DNA of 62,506 nucleotides, filler included, from Klebsormidium nitens (taxonomy: Eukaryota; Plantae; Klebsormidiophyceae), in assembly GCA_000708835.1 (NCBI GenBank). It is 4 parts of 4 records of this genome, joined end to end, with 100 filler letters (N's around TTAATTAATTAA, not from the genome) between each part and the next. Parts side by side here need not be neighbours in the genome. Positions count along the whole stretch, not along the records: positions 1 to 30,871 come from DF237767.1; 3 more parts are not named here. One strand, given 5' to 3'. The notes beneath the pieces are model-generated. The model made no database searches and was not told the DNA's origin. It saw only the letters and a list, made by a program, of their open reading frames with translations. Position numbers and translations under genes: made by a program. Below are positions 11,875 to 24,174 of the stretch, in pieces (positions within the stretch are counted from its first letter, which is position 1; the number at the start of each line of letters is the position of its first letter).

Positions 11875-13775
11875 CTAAATGCTTGCGAGCTGGCTCGCTT
11901 TGCCTCGTAGACCTTTGCTCAGCAGCTTCAGGTTCCGAGGCACCTTGATGAGATGCGTCCTGTTACGTGCGCCAGCTAGCCAGTTGTCAACCTAACGAGT
12001 AACAAGAAAGTGTCAGAAACTCCGAGATAACGGCCGACGCTGATGATACAGCTGTCTACTCAAAGGAGATGGATGAAGAAGATCAGGATTAAAGTTGCTC
12101 TCTTTCAGAAGCCGACCGGTCTTTCTAGCTTAGAAAGACAGAGAAGCAATCATATCGGAGCTCTGGTTGTGCTGAAGAAGAACGAGAGGCAAACGAATCG
12201 TTTTAAGGCATAATACTGAGCTGAGGTCCTTTGCGTTTGTATTACTAGTAACAGCAAGTGCTGGGGGGCGTGGAAAAACAGTCACAGGGCTGTCTTAAGT
12301 TGGGGACGGTCAGGAAGTCTACCTGGTAGAAAGTGAGATTAGCCGCTTCTGCCAATTCCTGCTTTGTTTCCTTGTTCGGATATGGGGTCATTGCGGAACT
12401 CTGAGCCCATTCCTTGAGAACTTGTAAGCTCTCCTTTGGAAGCTGCAAGCACAGGAGATCGAATTATCAGCATCTGCAAAAGTTTTTGTACAGACTCTTC
12501 CGCACCACGTCGCGAAGTAGATCTTCAAAGCTAACAGACAGAATCGTGCTAAATTAGGGAATCTGTAGAGATTGCGCTCTCAAATTGAGTCTGCTAAGAG
12601 ATATGTCAACTAAAGGCCTCCGAAAGAACCGAATCAACCACAGAAGCACTCTCATAATCACACATGCAACATTTTGAAAGCTTGCCACATTTCCCAGATG
12701 CTTTTTGAATGTCAGAACAAGGACTTACTGTACGTTTCTGCACCTTTCCAGGACGTTGCTCCTTCTGAGGCTTCATGGTTGAAGTTTGACCTTCCTGCTT
12801 GATGTTGCTACGCCCTTTCTTCTCCGATTTGATGCTTCCTTTCTCGACGTCAATCTCGTCAGCGAAGCTTTTCTTCGTTCTTTTTCTAGAAGGCTTGTCC
12901 AGCTCTTCATTCTGCACAGGGCCGTCAGCCCTGTTCCTTGGAAGATTCGGCGAGCTTTGCGTAAGCACCGTCTCCTGCAACGGTACCTTCTTTTTTCTGG
13001 TGGCGTCTCCGGTTGAGGCATCTTTCCTTCGCGAGGAAGTAGGATTTGTTGAGACACTGGAACTTGGTGTCTCCGGAACTGGCTCGAGACACTCTCCCCT
13101 TTGACTGGCGTCTGAGACGGCTGAGTAATCCGCTCCCTTCCGTCGAGACGAGCTTCCTGTAGTCATTGACCCTTGCTCTTTTTCCAGCTTATTCGTACTC
13201 GATCTAACCTTGAGCTTTTTCAATCTTGGTGGAGATAAATTCCCCGATTCAAGCTGACGCTTTCGTTTGAATACTTTGACAGGCTTCTCAGCGTCTCCTC
13301 TAAGATTCTGACTACCGTCTGCAGCGCTGACTGTTGAAGGTACGAACACCATGGAATCCCCTTGCTGAGTCATGCTAGAGAAGAGCTCTGGTTCTGATTC
13401 GACATATCCTGACTTAAAAGGCACATGTCTGCTGTCAATCGACGTCTGCAAAGACTCCACACTCAAGCGTTTGGTCAAAGAAGAAAGGAAAGTCTGTTCT
13501 GAGGAGGCTGCTGGCAAGAATATTCCGGCACCAGTCTTCCAAATTTCAGCTGCTCCCTTCGTTTCAACTTGCGCAGAGTCGCTCGACCAGAACGTGAAGC
13601 CAGAGTAGTCTGGCTGCAGAAGGCTGTCCACATCAACGTTTCCTTCAGTCTCTCTGCTTAGGCGATCGAGACTCTCGGACGTCATCTCCAAACAGTCTGG
13701 TATGTCCACAAAGCACTCATCGAGTGCCGGTTTCCCATCTACGGATAGTGGCTCAAGGTCCTGGAAGGCGTCCAT
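11875..13775 (-). CDS. Divergent TALE-class homeodomain transcription factor (exons 13775-12729, 12442-12323, 11991-11875; ~427 aa; C-terminus may be spliced further)
   Basis: A long acidic then basic low-complexity exon ends KVQKRT|gtaagt. It joins in phase 0 to LPKESLQVLKEWAQSSAMTPYPNKETKQELAEAANLTFYQ and then to VDNWLAGARNR. This aligns without gaps to the KNOX/BEL-type homeodomain, including the TALE PYP turn. Confidence 0.8.
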
Positions 13776-15683
13776 CCTGCTCTCACGCAGACTGCAGGAA
13801 ACTTGCAGAAGCTTAGCGCACACAGCTGAGCTAAATCATGGGAAGGAGAGACTTCGAGGAAAAATGCACAGAAAAGGCTAGCGCTGCACCCCACACAAGC
13901 TGATCTTCAGCACCAGCTTTCTGCTCGAACGCTTGGTTGGAGGTCGCCCCTTCTTCCTTCTTCAGCAAAGAGCGCCCCCCTTTCCTATTATACGAGCTTC
14001 TCTCCCTTCTCAAGAGAAGCGCTTGCTGTGGTCGAGCTGTCAGGCCGCTTTCGACAATTCTATCCTGATCAATCCTACAGTAGTGTATTCGTAGGAACTT
14101 TCAGGTGCGCAGGTATCTTGGTAGTTGGACGTTGATGCAGACCGGAATTTTCCCGCTCAAGGTGCGACGATTTCCAGACTGGATTGACAGCTTCTTGAGC
14201 GTCAGCTGATTTGCGCATCGTTTGCGCGCGCTTGGCTTCGCCTCGAAGCGATCAGAAGAAGACTGACTGGTTGCTGCATGGCCACCGACTGACCGACAAC
14301 AAGACTTGATTCACCAATTCAGAAGTCCTAGAAGGACGTAGAGACTCTTCTGCCTAGAAGATTCGAATGCTCGAAAATTCGAATTGGAGCGCCGGAAGTT
14401 GACTCTCAGCAGGCTCTTTCGTCACGCCGGTTCACTCGTCCTTTCCACGCGAGGTCCCGCACCTTTAGATCAGTCAGGATGATAATGCCAAACAGTATTT
14501 GTGATGACGCTCGTCGCACGCTCGTATCGTCGACTTGAGAGCGACTTCGTGAACACACAGCCAATGCGCAGCCAACACGATATCATGATTAATTCTCAGC
14601 GAGGCGGGGCGCGCGCGCCCAGGTTCGCGGCCCACTACCGCCATCGCCGGCCGCCGGGACTCGGACTCCGCCGAGTCCGCCGTCGTCGGACGTTTCGAAC
14701 GTCGCGCGGAGAACTCGCGGACGTCAACACTTCGCCGTCGAAGTTCGAACTGATCGAGAAGGTACGGTTCGATTCGATGCTTTAAGTACTAATCGACGGC
14801 TATTGTTCGCTGATGGCCTCCCATTGCGATAGCCACGTGTCGTGCGGCTCTGTTTAGGGATATGACAAGGCTAACGGTACTCCAGAATGAGCTTTCGACG
14901 GCGTACGTACGAAAACCTTCTGTCGATAGTATTACACCGGTGAAGATCGAGACCCGCAGCCCGAAAACCTCTTGTGTTCCTTTCCTGTCGGTCCGAGTTT
15001 GCCGACCGTCCCCCCAAATCCGCGGGAGTTGGAACGCCGGAGTGCCGCATGGGATGATGTTGTCATCAAGATGCAATTTGGATTCTGGCTGCAACTTGCA
15101 TGTCCACAGTCCAGACTCCAGACTCATCCGGATTCCGTACATGTCCGGGCTCGACTGTACGGGTAAACGTAGCCGCAGCGACCCACTATGTTAAACCGGG
15201 TTCAGCAAGGGGCCCACCGCGCCATATACCCGCGGTATTTGGTGTCGATCATGGTGGTCGGGGATTCGAGTTTGCTTGGCCGGGCACCCTAGTCCTACAT
15301 GAGGAATGCCGAATGCGGCCCTCGGCCCTCAGACTTGACTCAATTGAATTCAGGCTGGCGTGATCCCGGGAACTGCGGAGGGAATTTCAAGGGAGTTCCC
15401 TACATTCCCAGCATTCCTACCTATGTCCTGGCTTCCCTTCAGTGGTGACAAGCCCAGAAAACCTAGCCGGAGGTGAGCCTCATGAACCGCTAAATATCAT
15501 GAAGTCATTTTCCAGTGACAGTCCCGCAAACAAAAAGCGGGGAGTGCTGATTTAAGAAAGCTTGCAGGAGATCAGCAGCAAAAGCCTCTGAGTCTCACTG
15601 CGGTATATAGAAACACATGATTTAGACATTGATCTAGCTGACCCACTTCTTTCGTCTTTCTTCCGGCGCCGGCAAAGTCCAAG

Positions 15684-15872
15684 ATGGGAGTTTTCAGGAC
15701 ACGGATGCTCCACAAGAAAGCAATGTTCTCTCTGCGCCTAGCTTTTGCAGTGCTGACGCTAAGCTGTGGGGTGGCTCAGGTTCAAGGGTACAGCTCTGCA
15801 GAAGAATGCCGACAGGCCATTGCCACGGCTACATCAGCGGTTCGGTACTTGATTGAAATGTTGTTGAATTGA
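15684..15872 (+). CDS. Possible first exon of a secreted protein (signal peptide-like); remainder not found
   Basis: MFSLRLAFAVLTLSCGVAQVQG has a basic-hydrophobic-small-residue signal peptide pattern. No downstream exon was identified. Confidence 0.25.
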   Translation: MGVFRTRMLHKKAMFSLRLAFAVLTLSCGVAQVQGYSSAEECRQAIATATSAVRYLIEMLLN

Positions 15873-16408
15873 CAGCAGATCAACGACAAATAATTTCAAC
15901 AACAAATCCATTGTTGATTCGACATTTGATCAGCATTCATTAGTTCGCAGCCGTCGATGTTTGACTCGGCTGGTTATCAACGTCGATTTCGACCGTCGAT
16001 TCCTTGTTGACAATCAAAGATCAATGTTGCATCAACAAGATCCCGGTTGTCTCCTCCAAAGTGCCGCCGGCATCCTTTTACCCGCAAGAAAGCGGCACAA
16101 ACAACGTTTCTGAAAGTCATCATCATATGACGGTCTCCAAGGAACATGCATGCGGGCACTGGACGCATCCTTAGTAAGAGGCTCATGCAAGGAGTTGGCA
16201 GGCGCTTCTCGTGGTTGCGCAGATGCACACTGATGTTCACCAAGGAAGCACTTCATACTTAAGTCTTTCTGCAATGGGAAACTTTGGGACGTTCGAATGG
16301 GACAGGCTCACTGTTTCCATCGCATGTTCTGCTAAGTGCTCACATCGGGAGGTATTTAAGATTGCTTCTCTGTCATTATTATCTTTTCAGCATGTATAGC
16401 TCCTGAGC

Positions 16409-19400
16409 ATGCCTAACCACTTTCTCAATGTGCTAGCTCCACAGCTTACAATCTCTCCCACAAGAGCGCGCTCCTCTTGGGCTGGATCAGATAGCCGGAC
16501 TGCAGCAGTTGGAGCTGGCGGCAGCCCGCGGGCTCGTGGCAGGGTTACTTGTCCCAGATGCCAAAAGCATTTTGATACGTTTCAGCAGTTGACTAACCAC
16601 AGGCGTGGTCAGGATGGCTGCAACCCCCAGCTGATCCCCACAGGGACACGTTCCCCGCAGCGCCAGTTCAACGCTTTCTCAAGCGCAGCAAGGCGAGAAG
16701 CTGGGGGGAGTCCCCTGCAAGATCTGCCATCCCCTCCCCCAGATCAGCCATCCCCTCAGCCTGATCCACCACTCTCTCAGCCAGATCTAGCTTCCGGTGG
16801 GGCTTCCCCAGCAGCATATGAACATGCTCTCTCGCCAGAGCCTCGAACATCAGCTGTAGGACAGCAAGAGGGTCCCCGTTTTCAAGAGGTTCGAGGCACT
16901 GAACAGGAAGGACTGCAAGCGGCTGCCTCTCAAAGTGCAGACGACGTCAAAAGGCACGCCTATGTCAGCTTTATTAAGCAATGCTGCGGTGGCAAGGGTC
17001 TTTCCCGCAATGACCAGAACTGGTTGCTCAGTTTTGCTGACGTCCCAGGGCTGAAAGGTGCAGCGGATGTTCAATCATACATTGATACTTTACCGCAGCC
17101 GGTGAGTTCTGACTTATCCCCAAGCTATCTGCACTCCCCTACCGGGTGATTGGATGATTCTGGTTCTTGTGTAACCGAAGCTGTTTGGAACGGACATGGC
17201 TCGCCAGCTGTACATGGATCTATGTAGTTCAGGATCTCTTACCCTAACCTCTTGATTTCTGCTTCCAAGGCCTTTTCCAATGAACCAGGTTTTCAGTCTC
17301 CTCGATTCGTTTGCAGTCATCTTTATTGTCCTGCTTATGGAGCATTTCTTGTTGTGCAAGGCGGGTTGGAAGCGAGTGAACTTGGCAAGAGCCAACGGGA
17401 AAGATGGCCAAGATCTCTTCCTGGATTACTGCGACGCTTACGAAGCTGTCTTGGGCCTTTGGCGGGACCCTGCCCACTCGGGAAAGCTGATTCTGAAACC
17501 CGTGCTGTTGAGAAACAAGAAAGGGGAAAGAGTATATAAAGGCGCCCACAGTGGTGTGTGGTGGCATGAAATGCAGGTAAGCCGTGCTGACAGACATGAT
17601 TAGGTCCCTGATTCCTCCTCTTCCGCTTGTGTGCAACCAGCAAGGGGACAGTGCCGAGCTGCAAAGTGGGGACAGCCTTTGAAGCAACACGTAAACCTGG
17701 ATCTCTGATAAAGGTTTTGTTTCTGTGCAGAAGGTGATACCGCTGTCAGACTCCGTGCTTGCGCTTATTCTCTACAGCGATGGCACGCCCCTGAGTCTGA
17801 GTGGGAGACAGAAAGTGCGGCCAGTTGTGCTCAGTCTGGCTAATATTCCTAAAGAGCTAAGGGGAAGGTTTACAGGTTGGGTGTTGGTTGGGTACATTCC
17901 TTATGTCGAACCTCGGCCGGAGCTTGGCCTGTCTGAGAACTCGGACGCTTTACGGACTCGCCAACTACAGATCTGGCATGAGTCGTACGAGACGATCTTA
18001 CGCCGCTTGAAGCTGCATACCACCACGTAAGTAGAGCACGTGTGTCAATGAAGCTTCCATTCTTGGCGCTGCTCCAAGGCTGTTGGTGCTTCCGGGTTTC
18101 AATACGCTGTTGTTACTTTTCGTTGTTTCGAGGGAAAGGCGACCTGTTCCTAGCTTGTATATGCCTCAACCCGTCAGCTCTTTGAGAGTACGAGCAAAGT
18201 CGAAGGGGCCTTTCATCCTTCGCATCAAGAATGACTAATCCTCTCTCCCTGGGTATATGCAGGGGGTTAGACGTGACGGATGCCAGTGGGTCGGTTACAA
18301 AAGTGTGGCCTATGCTTTATGCTGTGGTCACTGACTGGCAGGAGGGTTGCGTTGCCGCTGCTACCAAGAGTGGCAACAAAACCAAGTGCCCATGTCATTC
18401 CTGCCTTGTTCTGTCCACCGAGCTCAACGACTTTGCAGCAGGCAGTCAAGCTGATCCCCGCACTGAAGAAAAGATGCGCCAGATCTACGAACAAGTGGTT
18501 AGGCTTCACAAGAAGGGAGGCTGCCAGGAGGTCATCTCCCAACTCCTGAAGGCCTGGTCTGTGAATCCGGTTCAGGTAGGGCTCCAGTCACAGGAAACTT
18601 TCTCAGGTGGAACATATGGATCACAGTTTTGAAAGCTTGACAGAGGTCTGTCAACTCGGTACTTCAGCTACACTCTGAAAGTTGTCAAAGAAACATGTGC
18701 ATGCTCCATACCAATCTGCCGCGGGTGCATGGATACAGGCTTGGTTTTCTTGAACCCACACTTTAAAGCATTCTTATTGAGCTAGGTTTCGTCCTCGTAA
18801 TTATGTTGTAGGTGGAAAAGCTCGCTGTAATATTTTGATAGTTCTCTCTTTTGCTTAGGCGTACTTGTTGACTCCCTTGCAGAATGCGTTTTGGAACTGG
18901 CCTGGAGGCAACACGGAGGCCGGGAATCCGTATCTTTCCATCCTTCCCGAGATCATGCACCAGGTATGTTGAGCACCGTAGAACGGGCCTGCGGGCTTTC
19001 ACTGTTGCTTATTGTCGTGCGGACAGTTCTCTTACCGCTCTTCGTTCCTGGTCACCCCGTCAGTGACAACTGTTCAGGCTCGTAAAATGCGCTCAAGTGG
19101 CCCATGACAATATTCACCTCTAAGACGGACCGCTCACTTTTTCGGAATGTCTTCAATCTCAAGATCGAAGCTCTCCGACGTGCAGCTAATAACGAGTCCC
19201 CAGCGGCTATACCAAGCCAGTTACTATCCGAAATTTTTCTAGGCTTCTGATCTCGGTTTCTTCTCTCCCATCGCAGCTCGACCATGGTATTCTCCCCCAG
19301 ATCTTCGAAGCCATCGGGACCTATGCTCGGGACAAGTTTGGTCCGAGGGAGGGGAACCGGCTCTTGGCCAAAGCAAACCTGCGCTACCGGAGTTTCCGGA

Positions 19401-21561
19401 ACAGCCATCCGGGTCTCCGTCTCCCCAACATCGACTTCCTGGGGGGTTCATCATTCGTCACGGCCTTTGAACACCGGCACTGCCTCTCGGTGAGAACGAG
19501 CTGACAACCTTCTGAGCTTTTGAACAAACTTTCGTGAGCTAAAGGCGAGCGTGCACCATGAAGCTCACGATTGCAAGGGGAAATCGAAGATCAGCACAAT
19601 CTGCCTCTTAGAACTACTGTACAGTGTATTGATGCCTTGGAGAGGGAAATATTGTGATTGTCAGCCGCGCCGCTTGACTGGGGTGGATGTCTAGAAACCA
19701 TTGGGGGTCCTGAAAGTTACTAGTCCGGGATGACCTTCCTGTTGCCAATCATGTGTTAGTGATCCTCCCGCTCACCGTGGATCCAGATCGATCTATCTCT
19801 TCTTTCCTGCAGGTTGCGGTTTTTGCGGTCGTGGGCGTTTTCACTCTCCCAAACGGGCGAGATGAAATTACCACTTTGCTCCGTGAAGTTGCAAACGCCT
19901 ATCTGGATTTTGGTGTCAGACATAGGGGTTCGGGGCATACGGACTCTTCTCTCGAAAAAGTCGACGAGAGTTGGGCCAGGGTTCTGAAGATGTTGAGGAA
20001 AGTTCTGCCCTATCAAGCATCAGACTGGGGGACTTCCAAGGTGCACACGACTGTGCATCTCAGTCCTTCTGTCCGCCTAAAAGGAGGCAGTGACGAGTAC
20101 CACGCTGACATCTTCGAGTCAAGCCACAAGTCCACGGCCAAAACGCCCTACCGCGCCTCTAACCGTTTTGACATGCAGCTGCAAATGGTCAAGCACGTGA
20201 AAGACCGGCTGGCCCTTAGGGCAGCTGGCGCTGACCGTTTTGCGGCGAACGTGAACGAGAGGGCTCTTCGAGTAAGGGTAAGGATATTCGCTTGAGTCCG
20301 TGGGATCTCGTGTTTTGAATCCTTGTTAGGTCCTGACACGTGTCTTGCGGGGAGGCAATGGGCATTTGTAGCCGTCAGTCGAGAGCAGGTTCTAGCATTG
20401 TGTAGCTTGTGACGGCTTGCACCTTATTTGAGTGTGGTCACGTATCAATCGCTCTCTATACTTGTTAGTCAATCAGACTTTTGACTGGCTTGTACATTGC
20501 AAACGCCTCATACCCTGTACTGCAGGCTGTGAAGCAGAAGTCGAATCTGCTGAGCATCAAGGGCAGAGGCATCCGCCTCGCTCGGCTCTCCTCGCATGCG
20601 CGGGCCGCCGGAAACTGGGACTCGGCGCTTCGAGACCAGCCTGAGCTGGTCCTTCTCGAACGGGCGCTCCGCGCTCATCTCGGGGGCAATCGCCGCGGAA
20701 CGCAGGCGCTCCTCGAGAACCTTCCGAACGTCAAGGACGCCAAGGTAAGACAGGTCTTCGTCACGAAGCTTCCTCCGTAGATGCAAAAAGGGCGCGTGCT
20801 TAGAGTACGGTGTTGTGTCCGCCTCAAGAATTGTGAAAGCCGCCTTCCTTGCACTCCTAAACGTCTGCAGGGGTTTTCCTTCGCATTGCGTCCCTGGTCC
20901 CGCCTCGAAATCTCTTCCTCTGAACCTTTTCTACCATTGGAGTGTACGAAGTCCTGAGCCTCTGATCAGGATGATGTATGGGTAGTTCGATCTCAGCGTC
21001 TCGTTTCAGAGAACGGAGCGATGGGGCAAGCGCACGAGAAGAAGGTGTAAACGAAGTCAGCACTTTCGAGACTCCTGGCATCTGCGGTTGCTGAAGGTTT
21101 TATGTGTTTCTTGGCAGATTACCCGCCACCTGACGCTTGCAATCGCCAGAGCCCGCCAGCCAGACGGGAGGTTGAAGACGGAGCTTGCTCGAGCAAACCC
21201 CAGCTTTGGCAAAAAACGCCGACCGCTGTTCAACGACGTCGTCGTCCAAGGGGAGGAGTTAGGAAGGAACGGCGGTCGGGTGAAGGTCCTTTGGTTTGCG
21301 CAGCTCCGATTGTTGTTTTCGTGCACTGATCATAAGGGCAAGAAGCGAGCGTATGCTTTCGTAAGGTGGTACCAGAAGACGGGTCCTCTAGACGTGACGA
21401 ATTGCATCCGGTTGAAGTGGGAGAAGGTCAAGGGGTCAGATGGGCGCGAAGTAGATCGATATGGAGTTGTCGGGATTCAGTCCATCAAGAGGCTCGAGCA
21501 CATTATTCCCGATCCGAATCACGAAAACATGTATTATGTGAACGCGTTTCGAGTAGTGTAA
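16409..21561 (+). CDS. Plavaka-type (CMC-related) DDE transposase with N-terminal C2H2 zinc finger, 9 exons, ~977 aa, reading frame intact
   Basis: Exons 16409-17101, 17361-17576, 17731-18026, 18263-18575, 18883-18963, 19277-19489, 19813-20271, 20526-20744 and 21118-21561 are phase-consistent GT-AG. Motifs: CPRCQKHF...TNH, GERVY...SGVWWHEMQ, LILYSDGT, LSLANIP, VVTDWQEG, CPCHSC, AFW...PEIMHQLDHG, KVHTTVH, IFESSHK...PYRASN, AFVRWY. The start codon is tentative. Confidence 0.88.
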
Positions 21562-22749
21562 GTACACCGTGTATCGATATACAGGCTGCTTTTGTGTACG
21601 TAGCAATCTGATAGGGAGCCAGCTAGATTCAGGACATGTAAATATTTATCTAGAACAACCAAGGTACATTGAGTCTGAACAATCAATGGACAAGAGCTAC
21701 TGTTAACTTCTAAAAACGACTTTGCTCTGAACCGTCGGGCGCCCTACAATATGACTTGTGCAGCGGTCACACCAGGTCGGACCACTGCGGCGCAACGATC
21801 AGGCAGTGTGTCATGGTGGATGTACAGGCTTGCGACATAGAAATACACCGACAATGCACTACATACCCACTTAGTAGATTGCGGTCGGATCTCAGCAGCG
21901 ATTAGTGACTGCGCATATGTATGATGTCAGTGTACTGTATGACTGGCAGTTTACGAAGAATGAAATTGACTCGCGGTTGATCTGACAAGTTGCATGACAT
22001 ACATATATATGTCAACGAGTGATGCAAGTTCACCGAATCATATGATGGTGTTGAAGGGCTATTTACGCAAGCTCTCAAAAGTCTGCTACATAGTATGCCT
22101 GGTCGAGCGCATGTACGAGATCACGGAACTGCCCCATCAATCGGTATACACGTCGGAAGTTGGGACTCCCGGCCGCGCGATGAAATCGAGGTACGTACAA
22201 GCGTACAACGGTAGCGCCTATATATCGAAGCGTCTAGCGAAAGCTGTCCGGGCTTCTCGGGTCAAAAGTTGGCCGCGCAAACGCACATGCATATGAAGTC
22301 CGGCCCGGGGCCTAGCACCACGACGACGCGCCATATGCAATCATCTGATGTCCGATGGATGCCAACAGAGATAGACGAAAATATGTAAACAGTGTTAATT
22401 TGACCTATACCGTGCATTTGTGTAAATCACGAATCTGCATTTAAGATCGGAATCATCTGGTTGCATACATCCGTACGTCCGTCCAACCGTGGGGTCGTGC
22501 AAAAATTTGCCAATTGATTTGCTTAAGTCGATATCAGGTTCGCTTGTACGGCCAAGTGGCTGGTGCGCGGTGGAAATGAGCATGCGCCACCGCGCAGCGG
22601 CCGCCGCTCCTCAAGCCTAGGGGTCACACTGTTTTAAATCCGGAAAACGCTTTAATTACAGCGTCAGTATCGTTTGCATTAAAGCGTCCAAATTGAACTC
22701 AAGCTCTATCGTTTATAGATAAGTGGAGGCAGCTCCGGCATGCGTCCTA

Positions 22750-24174
22750 CTATTGTAAATCTTTCCGGAAAGTGTCTAGAAATTCGTGAATCGACGGCCT
22801 GTTTCTGCTCGGGACTGACGAGCAAGCTCTGAGAACTCGAGAACTGCTAGCGCTCAACCGCACTTTGCACACCCCGCTGAGCGGCTTACCAGTCCACCTT
22901 TCTATACCAAGAACTTTCTCTGCTAAGAAGCCGACAGCCCACATGTCGGAAGCTGGTGAGTAATCACCACCTACTAGGAGCTCCGGAGCAATGGATGGAT
23001 GCCGTCTCCTATAATCTTCTCTTTCTTGCACTCTAATCATCTTATGTGAGCGACGATCACTCGTTCGACTACAGAGTCCAAAATCTGCAACCCGTAGCTG
23101 TAACCTGTCGTCACAATGGTGAAGAAGGACGTTCTTCTCGTGAAGATCGCAGTGAATGAGTCCGAGATTGTGGAGATGAGCAATCCCTTCTCCTAGTTGG
23201 ACGACGAGATAAATACCTTTGCTTCTGATCGCCTCGAGATGGCGGACTTTGTCCTCCAACCTTTTGCTGCCTTGCAAAACTTCCCACAGTGAGCCCCGAT
23301 TACACCGCTCAAACAGGGCGCACACCGGAAGCGACTGCGTGAACCCAAGGCAGCCGACCAGAGAAGGGTGGCGAACCGAACCGAGGATGAACTCGTCATA
23401 ACTACGTCGATCGATTCTGCCCCCAGTAGCACTGCTGTGGAGTACTTTAACCACGACGCTCTTCTCAAGAAGCCAATTCGGCCAATGGTTCCCCTCCAGG
23501 GACGCCTCGTAAACAGCCCCAAAGCTTCCACTTCCCAACATCTCACCGAACCTGATGCCGGTCCGGTCGGGGAGAAGGAGAATCTGCGGCACTTCGTGTT
23601 GCTCAGGTGGATCTTCAACGGGTGGCCGCAGGGGTGCGGGAGCGCAGCTTGCTCCCGACTCAGGTCCCGAGTCCTTGTCGACAGGCTTCTCCGCATCAAT
23701 CTGCTTGATCTGCAGCAGATAGACGAGCAACTAAGAGAACGTCAAGTTCGAGAGTATCTACAGTCTACTTCCACCTTAAAGAACAGGAACCTCTCATTGG
23801 ACTTGAGGGTTGCCTAGATGGTTTACGCTGGGGAGTGAGACCAAGTTGCCCTCAACGTTCTCATCATGCAATTTGGTGGGGCAATTCAGATCGAAACACA
23901 AACGTATTACAAAGTAGAAGAAGTGCGCGATCCTCACCGGCTGCTCCTCTAACCCCAGCTTTCCAGACGTGCTCCATACACGATCGCGAGTTGTGTTGCC
24001 CCGCGCCGCTGGGTCCCCGGTGAGTGCCAAGAGGGCCCGCGCTGCAGCGTTTGAGGGGCCTGGAGAAGACGGCTCTTCGGATTGCGAAGCAGCCCCGGTG
24101 AGCTTTGGGCCATGTACGGGGGCGCCCGACCTCGATGGTGAGGGGTCTTCCTGCCTGGTGCGCGCCTCCTGCAT
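22750..24174 (-). CDS. Protein kinase (TKL-like), 2 exons (24174-23938, 23709-22750), 398 aa
   Basis: Motifs: LGSGSFGAVY, VVVK, HCDLHEKNVLL, ADFG, IAPEL, SDMWAVG. A phase-0 intron (EEQP|gtgagg...ctgctgcag|IKQID) joins a Ser/Pro-rich N-terminal exon. Confidence 0.88.

Noticed and set aside
22596-22620. Small hairpin AGCGG/CCGCT followed by CTAG as a Helitron end
   Set aside because: It has only a 5-bp stem, occurs once, is not followed by T and has no supporting 5' end.
23193-23817. Overlapping and antisense ORFs on the kinase (also 45129-45614, 53633-54238, 35929-36414)
   Set aside because: These are expected shadows of GC-rich coding sequence and show no motifs.
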